IMG/VR virus record: IMGVR_UViG_3300035670_000083
Coordinates: 1 to 64,000 of that record
DNA from: a virus
DNA: 64,000 nt
Strand: one strand, 5' to 3'
Position numbers and translations under genes: made by a program. Position 1 is the stretch's first letter; every line of letters begins with the position of its first letter. This document shows positions 19,951 to 28,648 of this stretch, in pieces. The notes beneath the pieces are model-generated. The model searched no databases. It saw only the letters and a list, made by a program, of their open reading frames with translations, and was not told the origin of the DNA.

Positions 19951-20190
19951 TTATTTTATTGATTTTAAAAAATTTTGTATCTTTCTTAAATCTTCTAAGT
20001 CTAAATTGGATTCTGCTATTTCTAAACAGATTTCTTCTTTTAAATTGTTTATTCTACCTGTTATTTCTACAGGAGATGATGTTTGTTGAACATTCATATT
20101 TGTTCCTCCTTTGATTCCAGTGGAATTGAAGTTAGCTGAATCTGGACTTAATTCATTACCTGCAAAGAAATTTTCATACTTTTTTATCAT
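19951..20190 (-). CDS. Hypothetical protein with MIKKYENFF leader
   Basis: ATG at 20190 overlaps the PPK2 stop and gives the leader motif; preferred over 20220. Confidence 0.55.
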   Translation of the reverse strand: MIKKYENFFAGNELSPDSANFNSTGIKGGTNMNVQQTSSPVEITGRINNLKEEICLEIAESNLDLEDLRKIQNFLKSIK

Positions 20191-21752
20191 ACTAGAACAT
20201 TTATTACTTCTGGATACCAATTGGTTTGTGATTCATCTTTTCCTTCATAATCTACTTTATCAAGTACATATCTGATGGCATTCAATCTTCCTATCTTTTT
20301 ATCATTTGAGTTAACAATAACCCAAGGTGTCATTCGAGATGATGTTTTTTGAAACATCTCATTTTTGAAGTCCCCTATCATTTCAAATTTGTCTATTACT
20401 TTAGCATCATTTGGTGAGAATTTCCAATATTTAAGTGGGGATTCTTGTCTGATGTTAAACCTTTGTAATTGTTTTTCTTTTGTTATAGAAAACCAAAATT
20501 TTATAAGTATTGTTCCATTTCTGATAAGGTTTTGTTCCCAAGGAACTACTTTATTCATAAAGTCTTTATATTGTTCTTCAGTACAATAACCCATTGCTGG
20601 TTCAACTACTGCTCTATTATACCAACTTCTATCAAAGAAAACAATTTCACCTTCTTTAGGAAGTTCTTTTTCATATCTTTGAAACCAATTATTTTTCTCT
20701 TCTTCTGTTGGAATTCCCATTACAACAACTCTGAAATGTTTTGGATTCAAGTATTCAACAAATCTTTTAATTGTCGATCCTTTTCCTGCGGCATCTCTTC
20801 CTTCAAAAACTATAGCAACTTTCTTATTGTTTTTAACAACCCATTCTTGTAATTTTAATAGTTCAACCTGGAGGTTATATTTCTCTTTTTCGTATTTCTT
20901 CCTTGTGAGTAAAGAATATTCTTTATCGTATTCGTCAAAGTGATCATCATCACCGAATACTTCTTTTTGTTTTCTTATTCTTTTTTCTAAAGTATTGATA
21001 TAATTATCAATTTCTATTCTTATTGTTTTTCTAGCTGTTCTTTTTTTGAGAACTATTATTTGAAATATTTTTCTTAATAAAGCTTCAACATTCAATTCTC
21101 TGATAATATCTTCACCGAATTCTTCTTTTAAAAGATCCAATTCATCTTTTACATTGATATTTTCAAATCCTTCTTCAAATTCAAGTTTATTTGTTCTTAG
21201 ATTATATTTTATCAATTCCATTAACTTACTTTTAAATCTATTTAAATTCTCAACTATTTCTTCAACTACTTTATCTAGTTCATCGTCAGTTAATTTATTA
21301 AAATCATATGATTCGTTTCTTGAATCTGATGTGATAATTTGGAATTCTATTGACTTCGAATCAATAATTTTTTTATCAAGATATTTTATATCATTAATAC
21401 TTGTTTTATATAATTGTGTTCTATTCGGGAAAGTTCCCATCAGATTAAATTTGTACTGAAATCTCAGACCAATTGAATTTATATAATTCTCTAATTGTGT
21501 GAGTACTTCTATAAGTGCTTTTAATTTATCTTTATTAACTTCAATACCAACAGATAGAAAATCTGAATTTGTAAAACATTCTGTTGGTATATCTATATTA
21601 TAGTCTTTTTCATACTTTTTAAATTCGAAAGAAATTCCATAATCCGATATCTCATCGATTATTGATTCTATAATAGAAATATCATTATGATCAATATAAT
21701 TTTTTATAGATTCATTGGTTTTTAAAAAATTATTATAATATTTAATTCTCAT
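20187..21752 (-). CDS. ppk2: Polyphosphate kinase 2 with long N-terminal extension
   Basis: LQVELLKLQEW, FEGRDAAGKGSTIKR, FDRSWYNRAVVE, SPLKYWKFSPND, PWVIVNSNDKK. Confidence 0.92.
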   Translation of the reverse strand: MRIKYYNNFLKTNESIKNYIDHNDISIIESIIDEISDYGISFEFKKYEKDYNIDIPTECFTNSDFLSVGIEVNKDKLKALIEVLTQLENYINSIGLRFQYKFNLMGTFPNRTQLYKTSINDIKYLDKKIIDSKSIEFQIITSDSRNESYDFNKLTDDELDKVVEEIVENLNRFKSKLMELIKYNLRTNKLEFEEGFENINVKDELDLLKEEFGEDIIRELNVEALLRKIFQIIVLKKRTARKTIRIEIDNYINTLEKRIRKQKEVFGDDDHFDEYDKEYSLLTRKKYEKEKYNLQVELLKLQEWVVKNNKKVAIVFEGRDAAGKGSTIKRFVEYLNPKHFRVVVMGIPTEEEKNNWFQRYEKELPKEGEIVFFDRSWYNRAVVEPAMGYCTEEQYKDFMNKVVPWEQNLIRNGTILIKFWFSITKEKQLQRFNIRQESPLKYWKFSPNDAKVIDKFEMIGDFKNEMFQKTSSRMTPWVIVNSNDKKIGRLNAIRYVLDKVDYEGKDESQTNWYPEVINVLV

Positions 21753-21762
21753 ATTCTATATA

Positions 21763-22266
21763 TTATATTTTAAATGTAAAAGTAACTTCTTTACACCCAT
21801 TTAATCTTGAAAAATATCTGTCAAAAACTGTTTCATCAAATCCTGATGTACTTCCTTTATAGTATCCTGAAACATCTTCATAATCATATTGAAATTCAAT
21901 ATCAATTTGATTTGCATAATTTTCTAAATGTTTGAATACTTTTATTATAGTTTGCTTTTGTCTTTCATTCAATGTATTCATTTTATCATTTGGATTTGTT
22001 ATTAACATAACTCTTACGTATAGTTCAATGGGAATTCTTAATTTCCTTATTAATCTATGACCTAATAATTCAAGGTATGAAGAATCTCCCCAGTATTGAT
22101 CGCCACCAGGATTTGGATATATTTCAAATTCAATTCCATCATCTTTTAAATCCTCACATATAGACTCAATATCTCTTACAATTGATGATGCTTCATCATA
22201 TGCTTCCTGATCTTTTATTGATTCGTTAAATTGTTTATATTTTTTTATCAAATATGTAGAGATCAT
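21763..22266 (-). CDS. Hypothetical protein with IKKYKQFNES leader
   Basis: Leader motif near the start; true start probably the TTG just before it. Confidence 0.55.
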   Translation of the reverse strand: MISTYLIKKYKQFNESIKDQEAYDEASSIVRDIESICEDLKDDGIEFEIYPNPGGDQYWGDSSYLELLGHRLIRKLRIPIELYVRVMLITNPNDKMNTLNERQKQTIIKVFKHLENYANQIDIEFQYDYEDVSGYYKGSTSGFDETVFDRYFSRLNGCKEVTFTFKI

Positions 22267-23182
22267 AGATGTTATTGCCTTTAACTTTTTTTATGCTTTT
22301 TAAAACTTTACCAGTTGTAGAATCCAATACTTTAAAAACTCCTAAATTATTACCTTTTTCAGTTATCACCTTAACTGTATTACCAGGCTCTCCTAAAGCT
22401 CCTAAAATAGCTATGTATTGATTACCATAAATACTTTTCAAGAATGATATTCTAACATTTTCGGAGTCTTTTACATTATTTATATAAGCATTGTCTTTGA
22501 CATTAAGTAAATCTAATTTAGTATCAGTTGGTTTTACTCTAACGGTTGCAAATTTTCTTTCTTTAGTTCCTAAACTTATTTCTTCTCTGTTTTGTAGTAC
22601 ATTTTGTTGAACTAATTTTTGTTGATTTCTTCTGATTTGATTGAAATCCGCTCTCGCTATTATACCACCTCTCATACCTTTATCGTTCATATTATAACCC
22701 GCTGGTGGTAACCTATAAAATGATCCTGTAAATGTCATAGAAAGTATTCTATCTCCTCTGAAAAGTCTCCATATTTTATTAATATGTCTATTATTTGATA
22801 CTGACCATCCGTTTAAGTGCCAACCTCTTATTAATGTCTTGCCTTTAGAGGATCTACCAATTACCATAGGGTATATGACCCTTTCATGTCCGGCAAAGTT
22901 TTTATCTTTTTCTCCTTTATAATTGATAAGGAATATCAATCCATACTGAATAGCCATTATCATAATCTTTTCATCATATTTTATTGGCTCATTTACTGGA
23001 ATTTTTTCAAATCCTTTGAAGTTCTTTAAAGAAAATCTGGGAATGAATTCCTGATCTTCTTTCAAGTCGTTATATGATTCTCTTATAACATATTCTACGG
23101 GCTTATTATTGTAGTAAGATTTAGTTTGTGTGAAATTCATATTGTATATATAAAAAACAATTGTGCATAAAAAAACCTCCAT
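22235..23182 (-). CDS. WYL-like domain protein
   Basis: INYKG...ERVIYPMVIG.S..G..LIRGW...WRLFRGDRILS; likely start at MNFTQ. Confidence 0.5.
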   Translation of the reverse strand: MEVFLCTIVFYIYNMNFTQTKSYYNNKPVEYVIRESYNDLKEDQEFIPRFSLKNFKGFEKIPVNEPIKYDEKIMIMAIQYGLIFLINYKGEKDKNFAGHERVIYPMVIGRSSKGKTLIRGWHLNGWSVSNNRHINKIWRLFRGDRILSMTFTGSFYRLPPAGYNMNDKGMRGGIIARADFNQIRRNQQKLVQQNVLQNREEISLGTKERKFATVRVKPTDTKLDLLNVKDNAYINNVKDSENVRISFLKSIYGNQYIAILGALGEPGNTVKVITEKGNNLGVFKVLDSTTGKVLKSIKKVKGNNIYDLYIFDKKI

Positions 23183-23196
23183 AAAGGAGGTTTTTT
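23169..23196. terminator. Intrinsic terminator
   Basis: A-run-CCTCC-ataaa-GGAGG-T6. Confidence 0.75.
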
Positions 23197-23216
23197 AATT
23201 TCAATGTTTGCTAAAC

Positions 23217-23384
23217 TTATTCAGCTACAGTAGTATCAACTGCAGTTGTATCAACAACTTCAACTTCAACTTCAACTGGAAGCTCTACAGTTGTAGAATC
23301 GGTTTCTACTACGGCTTCTTCAGTTTGAGTTGTTCCACAAGAAGCTAAAAGTGTAACAAACAAGATTGTGAAAAGATTTTTCAT
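23217..23384 (-). CDS. Small lipoprotein (55 aa), absent from the ORF track
   Basis: MKNLFTILFVTLLASCGTTQTEEAVVETDSTTVELPVEVEVEVVDTTAVDTTVAE; lipobox LASC. Confidence 0.75.
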   Translation of the reverse strand: MKNLFTILFVTLLASCGTTQTEEAVVETDSTTVELPVEVEVEVVDTTAVDTTVAE

Positions 23385-23493
23385 AATTAAATTGTTTTAA
23401 AAGGTTTTATCGGAATATTCCGTATTACTATATATAATTAAATAATTACTTTGTTTTGATTTTTTTAAATATTTTAAAAATAATATATAGTAT

Positions 23494-24207
23494 ATGATTA
23501 AAAGTAGTGAAGATGCAAATAAGTATTATCAATTGGTAAACCAATTCATTGATGAATATGTTGAAAACCATAAAATACAACCTTCTAGATTAAGTAGGTA
23601 TCTTAAAAATAATGATAAACTTAAAAGATTTTTAGAAAGAAAGGGGTTGAATGACATTAAGAATATTAATAGAGTAATTGATGATGTGTTAGAGGATAGA
23701 GAAGGTATGGAAAAGGATGGGGTTATGACATTTGAGAATTTTCAAATTTTTGAATCTGATTTTTTTAAAATACTTAATATTAGAGAATGTTTATGGAAAG
23801 GAATAGAAAAGGCTAATATTCATCATGAAAAGATGTTAGCTAATCAATTTGGTGTTTCTTTAAGTAATATAAATGTAAGTAACTCTGATAAACACGAATT
23901 TGATGTTGATGATATCAATGATAAATTTGAATGTTTAGTATTTACTGAGTCAGAAGTAAGTATAATTACTGAAAATATAAAACAATATGCTTTTGATCAG
24001 GTTTTCAATAAGTCAATAAAATTAGAGGGTGTTGGAATCGGAATTGATGTCAATATTAAAGACTTTATAGATAAGGAAAAATTTGAAAAACATATTTCAG
24101 AAAAGATTGATGAAGAAAAAGTTAAACAAATAATTGGTTGGTTAACTAGTTGTGAGGAAATAATTACAAAAGAAGGATTCATAGGAATAAATCCTTCTAA
24201 TTCCTAG
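23494..24207 (+). CDS. Hypothetical protein
   Basis: 237 aa; TAATATATA upstream; internal VMTFENFQIFES leader-like motif. Confidence 0.6.
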   Translation: MIKSSEDANKYYQLVNQFIDEYVENHKIQPSRLSRYLKNNDKLKRFLERKGLNDIKNINRVIDDVLEDREGMEKDGVMTFENFQIFESDFFKILNIRECLWKGIEKANIHHEKMLANQFGVSLSNINVSNSDKHEFDVDDINDKFECLVFTESEVSIITENIKQYAFDQVFNKSIKLEGVGIGIDVNIKDFIDKEKFEKHISEKIDEEKVKQIIGWLTSCEEIITKEGFIGINPSNS

Positions 24208-24944
24208 ACTTTGGGAAAAAATTTAAATACCGATTCATAAATTTCATCTGGATGTTTTTGTATTTCGTTTTTGAAATCTATTGTTTCTTTACATTCTAAA
24301 AGATTGTTTATCTTTTCATCGCGTTCAATTTGTTTATTATTTTCTATTTCCTCCCATCCTCTATCCATTAATTTATATTTTCTGTGTAAAGCTCTTTTAT
24401 CTGAATACATTAAAGCTTTCATATTTGTTATGAAAACTTTATTTTGACAATGTAGGATAGAATTAGGAAAATTTTGATATAGGTATGTACCGTCATAAGA
24501 AACCGCGCAACAAGAATAATCTACATTTTGTATTAAATTAACAAAATTATTTTTATATTCTCTTTGTTTATCGAAAAAAGAACCTTTTTTATTAGTCAAA
24601 AGCCTAGGTCTTATTAGTTGAACCACTTTATCATTTTTAGTGAAAGTGTGTGGTTCACTTATTACTTTTAATTCTTCATATGCTACTTGAATATCTTTTC
24701 CTGATAATTTTTTTTGAAAAAAGTATCCATTTTCTTTTAGGACTTTTTTAGCCCAATGAAAGGTATCGCTACCAACCAATATATCTATATCATTTATTTT
24801 ATCGCCTGATATAATATCTCTAATAGCTCCACCAAAAACTCTAATTAATAAATTATTGGGAGTGTCATAAGAAGGTATAGGTGTGAGTAAAAGGCTCGAA
24901 TCGAATTCTAAATACTCATCTAGTTTGTTTTTGATTAATTCCAT
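24204..24944 (-). CDS. Nucleotidyltransferase (CCA/poly(A) polymerase head-domain-like)
   Basis: VFGGAIRD...DIDI motif; VDYSCC at the usual RDFT position. Confidence 0.65.
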   Translation of the reverse strand: MELIKNKLDEYLEFDSSLLLTPIPSYDTPNNLLIRVFGGAIRDIISGDKINDIDILVGSDTFHWAKKVLKENGYFFQKKLSGKDIQVAYEELKVISEPHTFTKNDKVVQLIRPRLLTNKKGSFFDKQREYKNNFVNLIQNVDYSCCAVSYDGTYLYQNFPNSILHCQNKVFITNMKALMYSDKRALHRKYKLMDRGWEEIENNKQIERDEKINNLLECKETIDFKNEIQKHPDEIYESVFKFFPKV

Positions 24945-25179
24945 TTAATTCTTGTTTATAAAAATCTTTAATATTCTTTCTACTAACATCAGGTGTTTTC
25001 TTTATCATTAGTTTTATGATTTCGTCCTCCGTGAGTGTTCGTGTATCAATAGTTGCATTACTTCTTTTGGATTTTTGTATGAATATTTTATTATCGTAAA
25101 TGTGATAATTTTTAAGTTCTTTGTTGAGAACTTTTTTGGTTAATATACTTTCTATTGTGGCTTTTGTGAATAAATTCAT
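24916..25179 (-). CDS. Hypothetical protein
   Basis: 87 aa ORF. Confidence 0.45.
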   Translation of the reverse strand: MNLFTKATIESILTKKVLNKELKNYHIYDNKIFIQKSKRSNATIDTRTLTEDEIIKLMIKKTPDVSRKNIKDFYKQELNGINQKQTR

Positions 25180-25209
25180 GTAACATCATGATATACTATT
25201 AATTAATTT

Positions 25210-25431
25210 CTAAATCCCTAAAGACTTTAATTTTTCATTTCTTTTCCATTGTAAATCCCTATCCAGTTGATTTACTGGTACGCTCATTGTCCTTCCTGTC
25301 AAAATGTCATTAACTCTTGTGTAATAATCATTTTCTAAGGTGTCATTTACTATTTCGCATTGTATATGTAGTCCGTCTCCTATACAATTAACGATTTCTC
25401 CTTTTTTGAATTTTATTTTTCCTAAGTTCAT
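25210..25431 (-). CDS. Hypothetical protein
   Basis: 73 aa; C-terminal RNEKLKSLGI motif. Confidence 0.55.
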   Translation of the reverse strand: MNLGKIKFKKGEIVNCIGDGLHIQCEIVNDTLENDYYTRVNDILTGRTMSVPVNQLDRDLQWKRNEKLKSLGI

Positions 25432-26042
25432 CCTTCGTGGTGATCTACGGGTTTAATAACTTTCTTGTTCATAATCTCTTTGATTGTTTGATAAGATACT
25501 GGTGTGTAATCCCAACCGTTACAACCCATGTCTAAGACTTTTCTCTCGTAAAACCAAGCCATTTCAGGGTTTTGTTTTAGTGATTGGTGAGAATGTCCGT
25601 GTAGATGCCAACTTCCGTAATGTCCTTTGTTCCAAGAAAGTATAGCATAGTGACAAAGGATTATATCTTGATAACCTCTGTTTGCGTCCTTGTCTTTGAT
25701 TTGGATTGTAGCACCTCCTAATGATGTTTCATTCCCGTGAATTTTTTCAAAACGATCAAGTTTTTTAATGTCTCGGTATCTATCGTGGTTTCCCATTATG
25801 AAGTGTATTTTACCATTGAGACTATCTACGAATTCTTTTGCCATTTCAAATGGACAGCGGTAGAATAAATCACCTAAGTAGAATACTGTATCATCATCAG
25901 AAACTACTGAGTTCCATCTTTTGATTAGTTCTTGATTCATTTCTTCAACTGAAGAAAAGGGTCTTTTATCAAATTTAATCACATTAGCGTGTCCAACGTG
26001 ATAATCTGATGTGAAGTGTATGTTTTGTGTTTCTATTTTCAT
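25428..26042 (-). CDS. Calcineurin-like phosphoesterase
   Basis: FTSDYHVGH, YLGD, GNHD, LCHYA, LHGHSH; TATCTTTG promoter element at 26047-26054. Confidence 0.88.
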   Translation of the reverse strand: MKIETQNIHFTSDYHVGHANVIKFDKRPFSSVEEMNQELIKRWNSVVSDDDTVFYLGDLFYRCPFEMAKEFVDSLNGKIHFIMGNHDRYRDIKKLDRFEKIHGNETSLGGATIQIKDKDANRGYQDIILCHYAILSWNKGHYGSWHLHGHSHQSLKQNPEMAWFYERKVLDMGCNGWDYTPVSYQTIKEIMNKKVIKPVDHHEG

Positions 26043-26093
26043 ATCACAAAGATAATATTATTTTCTTAAATAAAAAAATTAATATATAAATTC

Positions 26094-26363
26094 ATGGATA
26101 ATATACAAGGGTTTTCTGAATTCAACCCAAAATATAAATTAACAGCACAATCTTATGTGGAGAATAATATACGCCAATTGATACAACTTATGAATATTGA
26201 AGAAGATGAGTTTGAATCTTTAGATGAGGTAAAAGATGTTTTGATTACTTATTTCACAAAATACCCAGATCAGAAAACAAATTACCAATTAAAGACTACA
26301 GGTTATCCTAAACATATGAATTTATCTACAAATAATATAGGAGGTGTTATAAAATATAGGTAA
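26094..26363 (+). CDS. Hypothetical protein with MDNIQGFSEF leader
   Basis: TAATATATA upstream. Confidence 0.55.
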   Translation: MDNIQGFSEFNPKYKLTAQSYVENNIRQLIQLMNIEEDEFESLDEVKDVLITYFTKYPDQKTNYQLKTTGYPKHMNLSTNNIGGVIKYR

Positions 26364-26364
26364 T

Positions 26365-26396
26365 AAAAAAACCCAGTTAATTTCTCAACTGGGTTT
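26365..26396. terminator. Probable terminator hairpin
   Basis: AAACCCAGTT...AACTGGGTTT between convergent genes. Confidence 0.6.
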
Positions 26397-26586
26397 CTTT
26401 CATTTTTTTTATTACTCCTCTTTCAAATAATTCTTTTATTACAGATTGACAAGTATAGGGCTTATCATGATAATATTCAATGTTATCCATTATATTTTCC
26501 ATTCCTGCTTTATATAATAAATCGATATTATAATTTTTCTTTTCGAAATTATATTGATTTATTAGATTAAAAATTAGATGTTTCAT
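26377..26586 (-). CDS. Hypothetical protein
   Basis: 69 aa ORF. Confidence 0.45.
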   Translation of the reverse strand: MKHLIFNLINQYNFEKKNYNIDLLYKAGMENIMDNIEYYHDKPYTCQSVIKELFERGVIKKMKETQLRN

Positions 26587-26603
26587 AGTTTTTAATATAA
26601 TTT

Positions 26604-27821
26604 TTACTCAAAAAGATCACCTGCATCAAATTCTTCACTTTCTATTACGTCATCTTCATCAGATTCAGTCAATTCATTGAATTTTTTCTCAACTTCTTCA
26701 ACTTCATCTATTGATTTGAATCTAAAATAGTCATTTACTATCGGCTCCATTGATTTTAGAACATCTATGTTAAAAATCTCTTGAGTGAATAATTGTTTTG
26801 TTGTTACAGATTTATTCAAATGTCTTATATACCATCTATTTCCACCAGGTTTAAAGGTAATTTCACCTGTTTCTTTATCAACTTCTTCTTTTCCTTTGGC
26901 TATTCCTATCTGTTCAAAGAATTCTGGACGACAGAAAGCATCTAATCCAGTGAATGGATTCATACCATGAATGAATGAAATATCAAATCTTATTTTCTTT
27001 GGTTTAGCTAATCTATTTTTCATGGTTTTGAATAGTACAGTAATACCTGATTGTCCTAAGTCCATATCATCTTCTTCACCACTTTTCAATTTTGATTTTG
27101 ACATAAATCCAATTACTGAAGCTGAATAAAGAAGTGCGTTACCACCTTTTAGTTTTTCTTGAGAGAAAAGATCTAGTGTTTGGTATGTATGGTTACAAAC
27201 AATCATTGGTATCTCTAAATAACCTAAATCTGTATTAATTGATCTGAACATTGATCCTAAAGCTTTTGCTTTTGTCATATCTGTTTTGATATCACCTTTC
27301 AAAAGATCTGCTTTTTCTTTGTTAGATGCCATTTGTCCTAAAGAATCGAGTACTATCATTAATTTTGGTATTTCACCTCCATTCAGTTTTTCTTCTTTCA
27401 ATTCATCAATCAATTGTGTTAAAAGTATATTTACATCTTCTACTTTATTAGAAGATATTAATCTTAATTTATCTAATGAATTATCTACTCCAAATTTAGG
27501 GAAATCTTCTAAATCTATTGCTTCTTCTGTATCAATATAAATTATTGAGTATCCTTCTTTTTGAGCATTTCTTGCACAAGAGTAAGCTAAGAATGATTTA
27601 CCACTTCCAGATTCACCAGCGAATGCAGTTATTCTATTGTTAGCAACTCCTCCATTCAACAATTTCCCTGATAGTGCTGCATCTAATAGATAAACACCAG
27701 TTGAGATAAATACTTTTTCTTTAATTTCTTTTTTTATTTGAATTGGAACTGTTTTAGCTATATTATCTAAAATGGATCCTATTTTAGTGAATTCAAACTT
27801 TTTTTCTGTTTTCTTTGCCAT
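26604..27821 (-). CDS. uvsX: RecA-like recombinase (UvsX)
   Basis: ISTG, Walker A AGESGSGKS, YIDTE, VLDSLG, DMTKAK, CNHTY, GGNALLYSAS. Confidence 0.88.
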   Translation of the reverse strand: MAKKTEKKFEFTKIGSILDNIAKTVPIQIKKEIKEKVFISTGVYLLDAALSGKLLNGGVANNRITAFAGESGSGKSFLAYSCARNAQKEGYSIIYIDTEEAIDLEDFPKFGVDNSLDKLRLISSNKVEDVNILLTQLIDELKEEKLNGGEIPKLMIVLDSLGQMASNKEKADLLKGDIKTDMTKAKALGSMFRSINTDLGYLEIPMIVCNHTYQTLDLFSQEKLKGGNALLYSASVIGFMSKSKLKSGEEDDMDLGQSGITVLFKTMKNRLAKPKKIRFDISFIHGMNPFTGLDAFCRPEFFEQIGIAKGKEEVDKETGEITFKPGGNRWYIRHLNKSVTTKQLFTQEIFNIDVLKSMEPIVNDYFRFKSIDEVEEVEKKFNELTESDEDDVIESEEFDAGDLFE

Positions 27822-27855
27822 ATTTTAATTCTTTTTTTTATTATATATTAAAGTA

Positions 27856-27906
27856 TTTTCTCCCCCTTTCAATTTTATTTTAAATGATTTTGAAAGGGGG
27901 AGAAAA
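27856..27906. repeat. Inverted repeat in a divergent promoter region
   Basis: TTTTCTCCCCCTTTCAA ... TTGAAAGGGGGAGAAAA (17 bp arms). Confidence 0.8.
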
Positions 27907-27924
27907 TTAGTCTATATATAGACT

Positions 27925-28611
27925 ATGAAAAAGAAGGAATTTTTAGAAAAAAGTAGAAATATACATGGTTATAAATATGATTATCTTGATTTGAAAGATA
28001 ATTTCAGTGTAAAAGATAAAATTATAATTTTATTTGAGGGAGAAAAGTACTTACAAACAGTTGAAAAACATTTGATGGGTAGGTGTCCTGAGAAGAATTT
28101 TGACAAATTGACTACAAAAGATTTCATAGAAAGATCCAAAAAAATATTTGGAGATAAATATGATTATTCTGAGACTGAATATAAAGGATCTTTGAATGAA
28201 GTTAAAATTATTTTGGATGGGTTTGTTTATTATCAGAGAGCTCAATCACACTTAGAGGGAATTAGTCCAGAATATAACAAAAATGATTTAAGATCAAAAG
28301 TTAAGAAGGTTGAGTTTAATCCGAAAAAAGAAATAGAAGAATTTTTAGATGAGTATGAGTTTCTATATGAAAAAAATCAACGTATATCAGGATTTAACTT
28401 TTCTTTTTATTTATTGGATTTTAGATTGGTTATTGAATATTATTCAGAGCCTTATTTCAATGATTCTTATTTGATTAAGGAAAGAATAAACAAACGAGAT
28501 TATTGTGAGGATGATTTTATTGATTATATAGAATTCACTTATAAAGATAAGAATATTCTTTGGGAGTTACTTTTTCAAAATCTTATACATTTGTCTGATA
28601 ATAAGCGTTGA
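27925..28611 (+). CDS. Homing-endonuclease-like protein (DUF723-like repeats plus degenerate PD-(D/E)xK domain)
   Basis: Two F.E.S..I.G.KYDY repeats; C-terminal FSFYL.DF.LVIEY lacks the usual Asp and His. Confidence 0.55.
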   Translation: MKKKEFLEKSRNIHGYKYDYLDLKDNFSVKDKIIILFEGEKYLQTVEKHLMGRCPEKNFDKLTTKDFIERSKKIFGDKYDYSETEYKGSLNEVKIILDGFVYYQRAQSHLEGISPEYNKNDLRSKVKKVEFNPKKEIEEFLDEYEFLYEKNQRISGFNFSFYLLDFRLVIEYYSEPYFNDSYLIKERINKRDYCEDDFIDYIEFTYKDKNILWELLFQNLIHLSDNKR

Positions 28612-28648
28612 TATAATTTAATATATAAAACAAATTTTATTTTCCATA

